Shown here: one piece after another, positions 9,818 through 23,377 of the stretch
Position numbering within the stretch: the first letter of the stretch is position 1
Layout of the letters: every line of letters begins with the position of its first letter
Source: Squalus acanthias
Lineage: Eukaryota
Assembly (NCBI GenBank): GCA_030390025.1
Contig: CM059433.1
Location: 6,076,001 to 6,140,000 of the forward strand
Reading direction: 5' to 3'
Length of the DNA stretch: 64,000 nt
Translations under genes and position numbers: made by a program
The notes under the pieces: generated by a model
The model's database searches: none
The model's input: only the letters and a program-made list of their open reading frames with translations
Told to the model about the DNA's origin: nothing

Positions 9818-12619
9818 TATCTGTTTTATTGATTAGTGCTGTGCGTTGGTTGGACCTATTTTCCTGATCCTTTCTTGGGGTGCATAGGTCAAGAAGCAAG
9901 GGTGGTCAGGTAGGTCAATTTTATCCACTTTAAGTTTGGCACCTTCTGGCTGCCTTCAGAGATCAGTAGCCAGCTGGTCTCGATCTCCAAGGCCCACTGC
10001 ACCTAACTTTTTTTGCCCCTTCCACTGGTGCCATTTCCTGCCTGCGGGTGGGGCCAACACTGAAAATCCCAGCACTCCTGGGTTTCCGGGTGCACTGCTC
10101 CTGTCCAGAATTGGATCGGGGTGGGGGGCAGGGGAAGGGATAATCTGCCTACTGAGCATCTAGTTTACTAAAACCTTTAGATTATGTTTAATTTCATCCT
10201 TAGCTATTTCAACACCATTTGTGGAGTATGTTTTTAATTAAATGGTCAGAGAAACATGCGCAGCATGCTCCCAAAGCTCTGATAAGCACACTTAGAAGTC
10301 AAGGATCCCCACTGGTAGCTCAATCATAGAGGACAGGAACTAGAAAAGCATCTGAGAATGCAGAACACTCCACATTCAGTGGCAAGAATGTTGTTTGCCT
10401 TGCCAGAATCTGGTGTCACCATATAATTTCATTAAAACGTCATCAAAGCATTTTCAAGAGTCGTAGTGGATACTGGATGGAATCTGTGAAATCTTGTCAA
10501 CTCATTTTAAAAACAGTCATAATAAATGTTTTTAAAATACATCAGATTTAGCTCTCACAAGATTATCTTCCTGAATAGTACCAAATCTGGTTGAATCCCA
10601 GCAAGTGTTTCTGAAATAACTCTCTCAGATGAAAACGTGGATAGAGCCTATTTGTTCCCAAGCATGAAAGTAATAAGGCCAACAGGTGAATAGCTTCACA
10701 CAAATAAACAAATTGCGAACAATTAAGGCAAACTAAACATTCCAAGAATAATCCACTCTGAGACCATTCAAAAACAGAAATTGACTTGATATTATTGAGT
10801 TCCTCAGAGATATCGATTCCTTGAACTTTATATACTGCATTCTGTTGAAATTCTCTGAGGATTTATCAAGTGCTTGGAGTTACAGACAAACAGAGTAGGT
10901 GAAAATAACACAGTTTAAAAAAATATCTCTGGTAAAGGGAAGAATGGAACCACACTTTTGCTCAAGCCAGTGTTTCTGACTGTAGATGTCAACTTGACTT
11001 ACAAAGCACTCTCTTACCATCTCTTGGTAGGAACACAGTACTACAGGAAATGTTTTAAATTTCAATAACAGAACCAATTCTGAAGATGTATACCCTCCTG
11101 TTTAGTTACCCTGATATTTACATTATGTAACTAAGAGTTTGTCATTAAAAACAATAGTTGAATACATTGAAGATGAAAAATTAATTTATGAAGGGGCATA
11201 TTCTGATGTTAGGACCTATTTACCATGTGTATATAATAAAATATCAATAACCTGTTATATAGTTTTTAAATGATGTTCTCTGTACATAAAATGTATATTT
11301 GGATATCTGTCAAATAAACATTTCACTACACTTACCACACTAGACCAACTGAAATGGCTTGCCGAATGTGAATTCCATTTTTTTAAATTCCGCAGAACCC
11401 TGTCTCATTATCTGCTGAATTTATTGACGTTGCAGGCCGGATTTTCCTCTGCTGCGTGTAAATGCCATCAGCGGTGCAGGGTTCAGCTTCCTGGACAATT
11501 TCCCTCATTACTTCTGCTGCCTGCGGCAACTGCAGGGACCACCAGGGGAAAGATGGCAGTAACCATCTTCAGTAAGTCCCTGAAGTCAACCAATAATCTA
11601 GCAATGGCCTCCGTAATGGCCCCCAGCACCAAACGTTTTTAGGCCTCCGCCTCAGCCAAGGCCTGAACGAAAGATGTGAGGGGGAGAAATTCATTATAGC
11701 CCCGTTTGGGACACTAAAACTTCAGAAACGGATAAATTATCGCCAGGAGCTAATGATGAGAGGCTCCCGCGAAATTCAGTTGTAGCGCTCCAAGAGGGAA
11801 GTGGGGCGCTAAATCAAGCGCTACCACTTCCCTTAGAGCGCTAAAGGGAGTGAGAGGGGCGGTATCGGCAGAACGCTGATCAGTGTTCCGCGCAGCGCTG
11901 CCGGTAGAGGGCGCGGGTTTGGGAGGTGCTGTTGAAGATTTCCTGCTCATTCATTCATCCTCTATTATTCAAATGGTGCTTCACACAAACATAAATTACA
12001 ATTGCCCTGTATCAGTAATTAGTTTTAATCAGTTAAGTAACTAATTTAAGTTTTATGTCATTTTCCAACTTGTTTTCTTTTCCTGTCCTAGTTCTCAGCA
12101 TAGATTCTCCATTAAATGTGTATCAACTGGCATATGCTTTTCCCCTGAGGTGTCTAGAGTTCTATTTCAGTTCGTCAGTGCTAGTTACAGGACATTGACC
12201 ATTACCTCCGCTCTGGATGACACAATGCTGAACACAGAGGATGTCAGTGTTGCCTTACACCTTGTCTCTCCAGCTCAGTAAGAAAGTCAGTAGAGACCAA
12301 CACTGATAGCTGTGCACCTGTCTACTCGGGCAGAGAGTTAGACAAGAAAAAATTGCTTCATATTTTAAAAAGGCCCAAGTTGGGAAACGAGAAAGAAAGC
12401 AGAAAGAAGCTCCTTTCTCTGTTGATATCGGCTTGGCTATGATACCAAGGTTAACCTCCCCGCCCCCCACTGTTTAAGTTCACCAATAAAGAATCAACAG
12501 ATGAAGTGAGGTATCAGAGGATTGTCACTGCACGTGGAACTGTATCCCACTAAAAGAATCAGTGCTGTCAGGAAAGGAGGGTGGAATGTTTGTAGAATGT
12601 AAGTAGTAGGGAACGCATA

Positions 12620-13633
12620 GGGGGGGGAGTTTTAACCCCAAGAATTGGGTGGGTTGGGGGTCGGTTGGGAGGTTAAAGTGTTAAAAACTGAATCCTGATC
12701 CGAGCCCGCCTCAAAACCGCCCACTTACAGTTTTAATGGAGTCGGGACGGGGGCAGGCAACCAACCCGCTCCCAGGAGGTGGGTCACCAGTTAAATATTA
12801 TAATGAGACTGCATGCCTGAGATTTAACCACCATTTCAAATTTAACTCTGGATGGTCGAGTTTCCTCAGGCCTCGGGGAACCCTCCAGCTAAAGTAAGGT
12901 GAGGACTGCTGGATCCAGGAGTGTCTTTACACTCACCTGCTGGATCCAGGAGTGTCTTTACACTCACCTGCTGGATCCAGGAGTGTCTTTATACTCACCT
13001 GCTGGATCCAGGAGTGTCTTTACACTCACCTGCTGGATCCAGGAGTGTCTTTACACTCACCTGCTGGATCCAGGAGTGTCTTTACACTCACCTGCTGGAT
13101 CCAGGAGTGTCTTTACACTCACCTGCTGGATCCAGCGTCCCTGCCTCACCCACCCACCGCGATCAGACACCCCCCCGGCCCTTCCGATCTCCCCCCACCT
13201 CCCCCATCCCACAAGGCCTCCGGTTCCCTCCCACGAGGCCTCCCATTCTCCTCCCCCCCCAGCCACGATGCTCCTCCGGCAGAGATCCTCTGGCCCCGAT
13301 CCTGCCCCCGCCCCCCCGATGCTCCTCTGGCCCCGATCCTCCTCTGACCACCCCCAACCCGATCCCTCCCTCCCTCGTCCCTACAGGCCTACCCCCCCAC
13401 CCCCACCCCCGCCCCCGCCATCCCCCGCAGCCAGCCAGCCTCTCCATCTGCCTGGCTGCATGTGGGAAACAGAGCTTTGAAATGCCAATCAGGCCTTGCC
13501 GTTAAATTCGACAGGGTCTGCGGGAAATCCGTTCTCCCGGGTTTCCCGACCGCTTTCTAGCAACCCCACCCGCCACCCTCCCCCCACCCCCCCACCCCCA
13601 CTCCTGACCCGCCTCTAGATTAAAATTCCGGCC
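12620..13633. mobile_element. Harbinger-type non-autonomous element containing a minisatellite
   Basis: Ends GGGG..GAGTTTTAAC / TTAAAATTCCGGCC, flanks ATA/GTA. The left half is homologous (inverted) to 54330-54664. Confidence 0.75.
12906..13135. repeat. 31-bp minisatellite (CTGCTGGATCCAGGAGTGTCTTTACACTCAC) x7 plus a partial unit
   Basis: Units at 12906, 12937, 12968, 12999, 13030, 13061, 13092 and 13123. One substitution across the array. Confidence 0.95.
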
Positions 13634-15459
13634 GTAATCCGTAATCTCTGAAAGGTTTTTGCTAGACTGATTATGGAATAAATCTGCACCACTTAATGCT
13701 GGGCAAATGACTTTAAAAATAACACAATGCAAATGCCATTAGGGTTTGTACTTGGGTGCTTGTTGATAGTTGAATGTCATTACCATGATTAACGAAGGTG
13801 AAATTTTACTACATAAAAATCACTATTGATATTGTGTATTCTTTAAAGTTGCATAGGAAATTAAGCCTCCACCTTAAAATTGTTGTCGGAATAGAGAGTT
13901 GCTGAGACAGAAACCATTTTCTTCCAAACAGAGGAAGATACAGGGCTCTGGGAGAGAATGGGGTTAGTTTTGGATTGCTCCAGCACAGATGATGGATTGA
14001 GTGGCTTCCTTCTGTGCTGTAAACTCAAATGACTCCATAGATGCAATAATTTGTCATGCAGAAAACTAATTTTCAGTAGGCAGTCTCTGACAACGTTCAC
14101 TGTTGCATCCTGCACAGTATCATAAGTATTTGAGGCATTACTGTAATTAATTAAGGCATTTCATAAATTTTAAAGTATTTTTAAAATTATTTGTTCTTGG
14201 GATGTAGGCAGCACTAGCAAGGCCACATATATTGCCCTAGTTACCCTGAGAAGGCGGTGGGTCTTCCCTTGAGCCGCTGCAGTCCTTGTGGTGCTGGTGC
14301 TCTCACAATGCTATTAGGTATCAGCAATGAAGGAATGGTGATATATGTCCAACATATACTCAAATAATGTTAAACCATCCTGCAAATCTTGCAATGTTCC
14401 ATTTGCTTAGCTAAACAGCTAGATTTTATGAGGTTAATTTTTGTGCCAAAACACCGGGGCGGGGGAAATTTGGTCGCGCCCCCTAGCGCCCCGAAAAAGT
14501 TAGCGCCCCCACGCCCGAAATTCACTGGAAGCGCTCCTCCTCCCTCTTGGGGCGCTACCATTGAATATCGCGTCGCTACGTGCCGCAGCGCCATGCGCTA
14601 ACAGGAGCCGCAAAACAACCGAAGTTTGCCCCCCCGGGTCTTCCCTTCATTTGCACAATTGCACATTTCTGCTGGTGTGAAGCAAGTGCAGGAGATTCCC
14701 ATAGGCTCAGTCAGAGGGCACTTCATTAGCCTTGGGCAGTGGGTGCAAGCACCACTTCAGGTATATCTCTGGTACCTGTCTGCCCAATGCCCATAGAAAT
14801 GCACTCGATTGTCCACCTTTAAGGGGGGGGGGTTGCCAAGGGGGCCAACCTGGCTGTTTTTTTTAAAGAAAAGTGAGAGATTTGCAGGTGTCCAGGCCTC
14901 TTGCCATGATCATATTGAATGGCGGAGCAGGCTCGAAGGGCCGAATGGCCTACTCCTGCTCCTATTTTTCGATGTTTCTATGTAAAGGATAGGTATAACT
15001 GGGTCTAATGCGAGTTGTGGCGGGAGATCAGAGGAACCCATGTGAAATTTTATGGCCCAGTCAACCTGCATGCAGTTGTAGGTTGTTGCTACTGGGTGTC
15101 TCTGCAGAGCTGTCTATACAGAGCTCTCCCATTTGCAGACATGATCTCTCCATATTGGATTTTTTCAGTGCCTAAGAAGACACCAGGTAAGTTTAAAAAG
15201 TCATTTAAAAAATCATTCACTTTTAAAAATGTGCTTATTTTTAGATTTATTAAATTATTAATACCTTTACTTTGTCCTCCTCCAGGTGTAATATACCCAC
15301 TCTGACCACTTGCCTCCTCCCCTATTTGAACACTCTATGGGTGAAATTGGTCTTTGGTGATAGCGCAAAATGGGCAATAGTGAATTGGCAGCCCGTTTTA
15401 CACCCTGCCCAATTTTCTTTACCATGGTAAAGAATTATGCCATTGTTAGTTGAAAAATT

Positions 15460-16330
15460 TCAGCTCTCCTAACATGATCAATACTGCCAACTCCAGATAT
15501 ATTTCTTAAGGCTAAGGGGATCAAGGGATATGGGGAGAAAGCAGGGACAGGGTTCTGAGTTTGGATGATCAGCCATGATCGCATTGAATGGCGGAGCAGA
15601 CTAGAGGGGCCGAATGGCCTGCTCCTGCTCCTATCTTCTATGTTTCTATGAGGCATTACCTCCAAAACTCTGCAATACTTTGCAGACTTCACCATTTGCC
15701 AACACCCCAGAACTCTCTGCTCCCCAATAATTTCCCACAGACATATCACAGCCCTAAACAGCGTGATCACTTCCATGACCAAATATAGGGCAGAAAATGT
15801 GGCAAAAGCCTGGGAACAAGATCTAAGCCATCTGTCAAGGGAGAAGGAATAACGCAGTATGGAGAAGGTTCCTCAACACCACCATCTGCAGTGATATGCA
15901 TGACGGCCAAATCAAGATCATACATCACACATACTGCATCCCACACAAGCACGTGAATTTTATTTCTCCATACTAGACGACTGCTGGAAGGGCTGTGTCC
16001 GCAAAGGTACCCTCCTACACATATTTTGATCAGGCTCTCACATTCAGCCATTCCAGAACAGCAATCTGAGGGACCACGAAGACCATGCCTGGTCTTGTAA
16101 ATGCAGAGGACCCAGCTTGGTGCTTGCTGGGTCTACCTCCTGGAGGACATGGGCCCCACAAGGAGTAGGCTAGCACAATTTTCATTATTAGTTTAAAAAA
16201 GTGCATCCCTTCCCTGTGGTAAAATCCAGCCCGCCCTACAGACGTCTGGAGCACATGTGGGACATACTGTAAACAGAACGAGTGATGTTCAGCCTCTGCC
16301 TGGAACTGTGCAAAATACCATCAATCTGGG
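15460..16330 (+). mobile_element. Degraded L1-clade LINE ORF2 C-terminal relic, interrupted by a CR1 tail (15497-15650)
   Basis: KAWEQDL, ICSDMHDGQIKIIHHTY and DDCWKGC resemble the fish L1 C-terminal Cys-rich domain. Confidence 0.5.
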
Positions 16331-16664
16331 GCCCATATCTGGAAACCTATTCAGAACAGTACCCCATCCACTGACCATGAAGGACGATTACTCCCGCTGA
16401 CATGACCACTCCCAGAACTAACTCATCTCCAGGAAGGAAAACCAAACAAATTGCTATAACCATTTGATCTGCATTACTCCCAGCAATCATGTCAAGAAAA
16501 TTAGATAGACCAGTACACTCCCCCACACGCACTAAATAATTACTATAAATGTACTATAAAAATATGAGAGAATGAGCTGTAGAGTTGAGGCTCCTCCCAC
16601 AACTGGAGAAGGGAGAGGAAGCTGGCTATATAGGGCTTACAAAGGGAATAATAGTAGACTTTCA

Positions 16665-17546
16665 GGGGGAAAAATTCAGTTGCTTAGCGCCTCCTGTTAG
16701 CGTCCTAAGAGGGCACTAATGGGGTGCAAAGCAACTAGCGCCCGGGCGCGGCAATGTTTGCGCTGCTCACGAAATTGACCAGACATTTTGCGGCGGCGCT
16801 AAACACTACCACCACGATCTCCTGTGCCCGCAGATCGTGACGTCAGTCAAGCGTGCAACGCCCCAGACCGAATATTGAGTGGCGCCCCCCTGCCTTACTG
16901 CCTGCCGCTAGCAACGACAGGTTGAGGGGAACGTTTTGCAGTTGGGAAGGGACTGGGGGAGCGCTATTTAAAGGCGACCGCTTCCTGCCTTTTTTTGTCG
17001 GCGACATTTTTGCACCACGCATTCTGAGAGAGAGAGAGAGACTTCTGGAGAGATTCAATGCTGTGTGAAGGAGTTTTGGGTACTGAGCAGCACTTTGCAG
17101 GTTCATTTTGATTTGACCTTCCTTGCATCGATTTAGAAGAGACCATGGGGGCTGCACTCTGAGCTCTTTCCCTGGGCCTCTCCATTGTTCTTTCCAGCAG
17201 ATTTGATGTACAGGTCTCTCCAGGCTGAGATTCAAGGCTGCAATGAGCAGGATGTGGATGGAGAGCAAGATCGACCCACCCCTTTAAGAACTGGCCGGCG
17301 CCAGTGTGTCTGTGTTCCATTGCTGACTGACATCACATGAGCTTCGCCAGTGCTCTGAGGTAGCGCCTCGCACATCGGCGTTGGCGCCTTAGGAGAGGTG
17401 TGTAGCGCCTGATTTAGCGCTCCAATCACCTCCAGGGGCGATAGAAGCCAAGTTTGCAGTCGGAGGCATTAATTAGCGCCAGGTGCTAAACTTTGCGCCC
17501 AGCCGATAATTGCGCCCCAAACGGGGCGATACCGAATTTCTCCCCC
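16665..17546. mobile_element. Internally deleted Harbinger element with Myb-like relic
   Basis: TIR GGGGGAAAAATTCAG / GGGGGAGAAATTCGG, exact TSD TCA, relic MERPRERA on the minus strand, TGACGTCA at 16838. Confidence 0.88.
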
Positions 17547-17640
17547 TCAATATCTAGAGAATGTAGTGAAGTGATTAAAAATATTAGCAGGATGCTAGAA
17601 TACATAGCCAGAACATCAGAGTGCAAGTCTACAGAACATG

Positions 17641-18501
17641 TCTACAGGCTAAGTGAGTGGGCAAGAACATGGCAAATGGGATATAATGTGGAGAAATGTG
17701 AAGTTATCCACTTTGGTAGGAAAAATAGAAAAGCAGAGTATTTTTTAAATGGTGAGAGATTGGGAAATGTTGGTGTTCAGAGGGACCTGGGTGTCCTTGT
17801 ACACTAATCACTGAAAGTTAACATGCAGGTACAGCAAGTGATTAGGAAAGCAAATGGTATGTTGGCCTTTATTACAAGAGGATTTGCGTATAAGAGTAAA
17901 GACGTCTTACTGCAATTATATAGGGCCCTGGTGAGACCACACCTGGAGTATTGTGTACAGTTTTGGTCTCCTTACCTAAGGAAGGATATACTTGCCATAG
18001 AGGTTCAACGAAGGTTCACCAGACTGGTTCCTGGGATGGGGGGATTGTCCTATGAGGAGAGATGGAGTAGACTAGGCCTATATTCTCACTGGAGTTTAGA
18101 AGAATGAGAGGTGATCTCATTGAAACGTACAAAATTCTTACAGGGCTTGACAGGGTAGACGCAGGGAGGATGTTTCCCCTGGCTGGGGAGTCTAGAACCA
18201 GGGGTCACAGTCTCAGAATAAGGGGTCAGCCATTTAGGACTGAGATGAGGAGAAATTTCTTCACTCAGAGGGTGGTGAATCTTTGGAATTCTCTACCCCA
18301 GAGGGCTGTGGAGGCTCAGTCGTTGAGTATATTCAAGACAGAGATCGATAGATTTTTGAATATTAAGGGAATCAAGGGATATGGGGATAGTGCAGGAAAG
18401 TGGAGATGAGGTAGAAGATCAGCCATGATCTTATTGAATGGTGGAGCAGGCTCGAGGGGCCGAATGGCCCACTCCTGCTCCTATTTCTTAATGTTCTTAT
18501 G
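17641..18501 (+). mobile_element. CR1 LINE, 5'-truncated (RT C-terminal half), inserted in an older CR1
   Basis: WQMGYNVEKCEVIHFG, LYRALVRPHLEYCVQFWSP, RMRGDLIETYKIL, and tail ATGTTCTTATG. Confidence 0.92.
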
Positions 18502-18626
18502 TAACATTATGGTAAAGCCTTACAAGCACTGCTCAGACTACACTTGGGAGTACTATATTCAGTTTTCGTCACAATACTCTATCACCAGTTGTGTCACCTT
18601 ACAGACAACTTAGCTCAAAAGAGACT

Positions 18627-20757
18627 GGGGGTTAAATTGGATAACCCCCGAAAACAGGCGTGGGGTACGCGATTAACCCCTGCCGTTCCTTGCGAGGCAG
18701 GCAGCATGTTAAAAGCTGTGCTGCCTGCTGTTTTAAATGATTGCTGTGTGCAGCCATCACTACCCGCACTCTTCATTAGCTGCATGCAATAGTAGTGAAT
18801 TTATAAAATTGGACTGGAATTTGCTTTTTCTGGTGGTTTTTATTTTTGTGCTCAGGTAGAGGACAATGTGCTGGAGGAAAGGTAAGGAGTGCGGGATGGT
18901 TGGTGAATGGGGAGGTGTGGTTGAGGTTACTCATATCGCTCATGAATAATTTGATTACGTAGAGCCCGAGTAGAAAGGGACCATCTACGTTGTAGCCTCC
19001 CTTCCTCTTCCTGTTCCTCCACTTCCTATTGCACCTTTTCCACTTCCTCCTCCACTTCCTCCTCCTCCTCTTCCTCCTGCTCCTCAGCTTTGCGCCTGAT
19101 TGGTGGTGGTAAGGGCTGTTCCCTCATAATGGCCAGGTTGTGCAGCATGCAGCATACTACCACAAAACTTGATATCTGCTCAGTTGAGTACTGCAGGGCT
19201 CCTCCAGAGCGGTCCAGGCAGCTGGAAGCGTTGCTTGAGGACGCCGATGGTGTGCTCTATAATCTTCCTTGTGGTAGCATGACTCTCATTGTAGGCCTGC
19301 TGTGGGTCTAGACCGGAGTCATGAGCAATGTCATGAGTGGATAACCCTTGTCGCCCAGTCGCCAGCCTCTGACTTGCCGTGGTGGTTCAAATACAGGTGG
19401 AACAGAGGACTGCCACAGAATGAAGGAATCATGACTGCTGCCGGGATAACAGGCATTCAGCCGTATGGTGCGCTGCCTGTGGTCGCACAACAGCTGCACA
19501 ATGAGGGAGTGAAATCCTTTTTGGTTCATTAAAATGGCCAAGTTCACACAAGGCGCACGCAAGGCAATGTGCGAGCAGTCAATGGCACTCTGCATCGTGG
19601 GGGAACCCGCAATCCGAGCAAAACCTCGTGCTTGTCTCTGGCAAGAGGGAATGAGATGAAAGTGTTTTTCTGTGTATAGAGCCTCAGTGACCTCCCTTAT
19701 ACATCAATGCACTGCAAACTGCGAGATGTTGCTCATCAATGTTCCCTTTAATTTTTGCTTGGGTGCGTGGCCCCTTTAAGGGGCTGCGCGGCCCGTTCAG
19801 ATTCCCGCGCGTGCGCAGTTTTTCCTATTGTGAAGCCGGCAAGCAGCCTGCACGGGACCTCCAGAGCGCTGCGTGGCCGCGCGGTCGCGCAGCCTAACGG
19901 GAGCATTGTTGCTTATATCTCCAGCAGCAGCCTGGAAGGAACCAGATGCATAAACGTTAAGAGCCACAGACACCTTGACAGCCACAGGCAATGCAGTCCT
20001 TGCCCTGCCTTGAGGTTGCAGTTGTGGCCGCAGCAGTTGGCAGATTTCATTCACGACCTCTTTTGTGAAGCGAAGGTGTCTCAAGCATTGGTCCTTACTG
20101 AAGTTGAGGTGAGAGAATTGCTCCCTGAAGACCCTCGGTGGACATGGCTTCCCGTTGAATGCCCTTCTCCCCCTCCTCCTCCTCCTCTTCGAGCAGCTTG
20201 TCCTGCTCTGCGTGGCCTCTCTTCGTTCTCCCAGTCACGTTCAATTCCCAGAGGAAGCCCTACCAGGCCACCCATGTCTGGAAGCAACTTGTTTCAGCAC
20301 AAGATTTTAAATGACCATAAAACTACTTCAAGACCAGCCAGACCACTCCCTGTAGACTATTCAAACTTTAGCCAAGTATAAGAAAGCTCCAAAAACACGT
20401 AAAATTGAACCAGCAGCCAGAAGAAATAATCCAGGAACTAACCTGTAAGTAGTTCATGGTCCTTCATTCCGTTTAACATTATGTTCAGTTGTGCGAGGTT
20501 AAGACAGGGCTTTGGGTGAAGTGTGGAGTTTGAAAATGGCAGCGCTGGTGTTAAATCAGTGTAGTACACTGATTTACATAATCACCTCGCTGTTCTACAT
20601 GTGGTCGTTAGGTGTGAACGTGCAAACCCCTTTACCAAGATGGAGTCCTGCGCATTTCCCATTGGACGTATGCGCGTGCATCTTGGACCCCATTTTTGAT
20701 CCTTATGTGGCTGCGTAGCGCCTAAAAATTGGGCGCGACACGGCCCAATTTAGCCCC
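18627..20757 (-). mobile_element. Harbinger element carrying a transposase pseudogene (~20275 to 18990) but no Myb gene
   Basis: TIR GGGGGTTAAATTGG / GGGGCTAAATTGG, exact TSD ACT. Motifs LRFTKEVV, YASGSFQ, SAIDCSHIALRAP, KGFHSL, YPGSSHDSF, LGDKGYP. Confidence 0.9.
19737..19908. mobile_element. hAT-type MITE (172 bp) nested in the Harbinger transposase
   Basis: TIR CAATGTTCCC / GGGAGCATTG, 8-bp TSD TTGCTCAT/TTGCTTAT. A related truncated copy lies at ~22974-23082. Confidence 0.85.
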
Positions 20758-21049
20758 ACTATGTTTATATACTCTCCGGTCCCAGGACGATGGACATTTG
20801 AAGCAATAATCCATGCAGCAATTAAATCCCTTCCAAGTACGATCTAGCTCATTTATTGGGTTGATTATTTGCGTGCTGTACAATGTGATTTTTGTTTCTG
20901 AAATAAGAACATAGGAAAAGCCGTGGCCAAGATAAGGCCCTTTGCACTTCAGCCCATTGAAGGCCAGTTCAGAAGGTTCTGTGAAGCGAGGGAGCTGGAA
21001 GCCTGACTTATACCATTGCTACTAGTTACTTTTAAATACACCTGTTCTG

Positions 21050-21345
21050 TATGCAAACCTGGAAGAAGCTGAAGAGCTTATTATCTAGTGCTTACGTGGG
21101 TCTTCACACAAGCCAGGAAAGTGGACCAAAGGACGCAATTTAAATAAGTTAAAAGCAAATTAAAAACAGATATTAGGGAGAACTTCATGACTCATAGAAT
21201 GATAAATGTTTGGAATAATCTGCCAAGCAGGATGGTAGAGGCAAAACTATTAGGGCATTCAAATGGATGCCAACATGGAAGAGTTATGGTACAAGATGGA
21301 TGGGCTGAAGGTCCTTTACTTGTTATTGGTTTTTCTTATGTTCAT
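21050..21345 (+). mobile_element. Old CR1 3' end relic
   Basis: KTDIRENFMTHRMINVWNNLPSRMVEA and a degraded ttcttatgtt tail. Confidence 0.65.
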
Positions 21346-21926
21346 TTTTCAGAAAAAAAAACATTTTTTGTCTAGCACAGAAACAATCAACTCAATAGAT
21401 GAACCAGATGGTACTCGAGCTAAACCTGCATAGCTGGTATTTAATTGTTTGATGGATTATTGCTTAAAATGGCGGGGAGGGGGTATATAAGAAAGGTTTC
21501 TTTGGGGCCAATTTTGACTCCAGGATGAAACTGCTGGCAATAGAAGATTAGAACAACATTAACATTTGTGGTGGTCTTAGTAATCCCATACCTGAGCCAG
21601 TCAGGTCTCCAGTAGTCCAGGGTAGTGCTGATGACAGTCCTTCATGGAACCTACAGGGGTTGACCTATCACTTGGGGTGGGGATTCGTCTTACTCGGCTC
21701 CACATAACCTTACAATCTAATGCCCCAACAGGCAGGGTCGTCCTGGTTGGACAATCAGCGGGAAGCTTACCAGTGCTCTGTGCTGGTAAACTATGCTGTT
21801 TTAGCTAGATAAACTACATCAGTACACTGCACACACCAAGCCTTGACTCATGCCAACCTGCACGGAAGTTGGTTAGCATTATGGGTAGAGAACTGCACTC
21901 CATAATCTGGCAAACAGAAACTCTAC

Positions 21927-22365
21927 GGGGGCTAAATTCGGTTGATTTGCGCCTCCCGTTGGGCGCAAATCAACTAGCGCCTGGGCGCGGTGCCGCTAGT
22001 GCCTCCTGCGAAGTTCAATGGGAGACTAGCGGCGGCGCTAACCGTTAGCGAGCGGGGCGCTGCACACGGCGATGATGCCATCGCCGGCTGCGCGGTGCTA
22101 ACCGTTAGCTCTTCTTGAGTGCCGGGCTCGTTTGCCGGCACTCCCGATCCCTGGTGGCCCAGCTGGGTGGCCGGGACGCGCTGCGCCAGGCCCCTCCCCT
22201 TTAATAAGGGGAGGAAGGCCTGCAGTACCACGGCGCGACATGCCGCAGAGCGTGGCGCAGCGGCACGTAGCGCCGCGATATTTGCTCGCAGCGCCCCAAG
22301 AGGAAGCGGGGCGCTACCAGTAGCGCCCCTCCTCCCTCTCGGGGCGCCACCCAATTTTTCCCCCC
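21927..22365. mobile_element. GC-rich Harbinger-type MITE (inverted, shorter relative of 9083-9817)
   Basis: TIR GGGGGCTAAATTCGG / GGGGGGAAAAATTGG, exact TSD TAC. Confidence 0.88.
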
Positions 22366-23247
22366 TACCTGTATGTAATTCTCAGTAGCGTAACTTGGAG
22401 ACTCTTAACCACAGGCAACAATTTTCACACACCACTCAGCTGAGCAGAAAAAAAAGGTATAGAATACACTAGATATTCCTGTAAATTGTACCAGACATTT
22501 AGTGCCCCCAACAGCAGTATGAGAGCTGTAGGGGTTGATTTTCTTCTGCTTTGCCTCCAGGGAATGTTAAGTTCCCAGGCCCAAAGAAGGAGATAGATAT
22601 ATTATATGGGTGAATGTAGAGTTTTGAGAATTCAATTTAAAAACTGTTAAATGGTTAAATGGCTATAGGTAATGTAAACCCTTCAAAGTAAATGTATGAT
22701 GTCAGGTCTGCACTGTTTTTTGCACTGCCCTGGGATTTGCAGAATTTCCCCCAGGAGGAGCTTGCCCCGAAGCTGGTGCAAACATTGACATTGGAGTTAA
22801 ATGTGGCAAGAATGATGTCATGGAGCCTCCTGCTTCATTTTCCACCCCAAAGCCGGGGTGAGTCCCCATTAGGAAAGGGGCCAAAAAGAAGTCTTGGGCC
22901 TTACGCCTGGTCCCGCCACCCCCCCCCCCCCCCCCTTCAGATCAGAGGAGCTGAGAAGCGCTGGGCAAGGAGCAATGGTCACTGTAGTTTTTTTCTTTCT
23001 GGTGCGCGAGCCCTTTAACTGGCTGCGCGGCCCACTCCATTTCCATTGTAAAGCCGGTGAGCGGCCTGCACGGGATCTACAGACCGCTGGGCTTTGCAGG
23101 GACTTTGGCAGGGAGGTGAGAAAAATTGGAGTACAGAATGAGTACAGGGTACTGGCAACGGCTTGACTTCACAACCTTTTCAGTCACGCAAGCAAAGGCA
23201 TGACAGCTTTCAGCGCCCATTAGGAGCACATTATTACGCACACTTAC

Positions 23248-23377
23248 GTCAATGGTGCTTGCTGCAGCAACTTCATCGAGGTGTTTAAAAAGTGCATTGA
23301 GCACATCTCGTAGTCGCTTCATGGTTTTCTTATTTGGCTGCAGAAGCATAGCCTGGAAGTTAACAGGAAGCCCGTAT
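23248..23377 (-). CDS. ATP6V1C2: V-ATPase subunit C exon ([43 protein letters not shown])
   Basis: Acceptor ttttccag, donor gtaagt, 130 nt. Visible in ORF 23077..23412. Confidence 0.96.

Larger units (their letters stand above)
8215..9870 (-). mobile_element. Old degraded CR1 split by two Harbinger MITEs
   Basis: Reading through the two insertions gives NRMLNYIAK..YKSKEIMLKLYTALVR... and RLIPSVRGLSSEERLKKLEL. Confidence 0.65.

Noticed and set aside
11018..11040. Possible 23-nt micro-exon on the minus strand (tcctgtag...gtaaga)
   Set aside because: Frame-breaking, no homology to subunit C, and the flanking real exons already join in phase.
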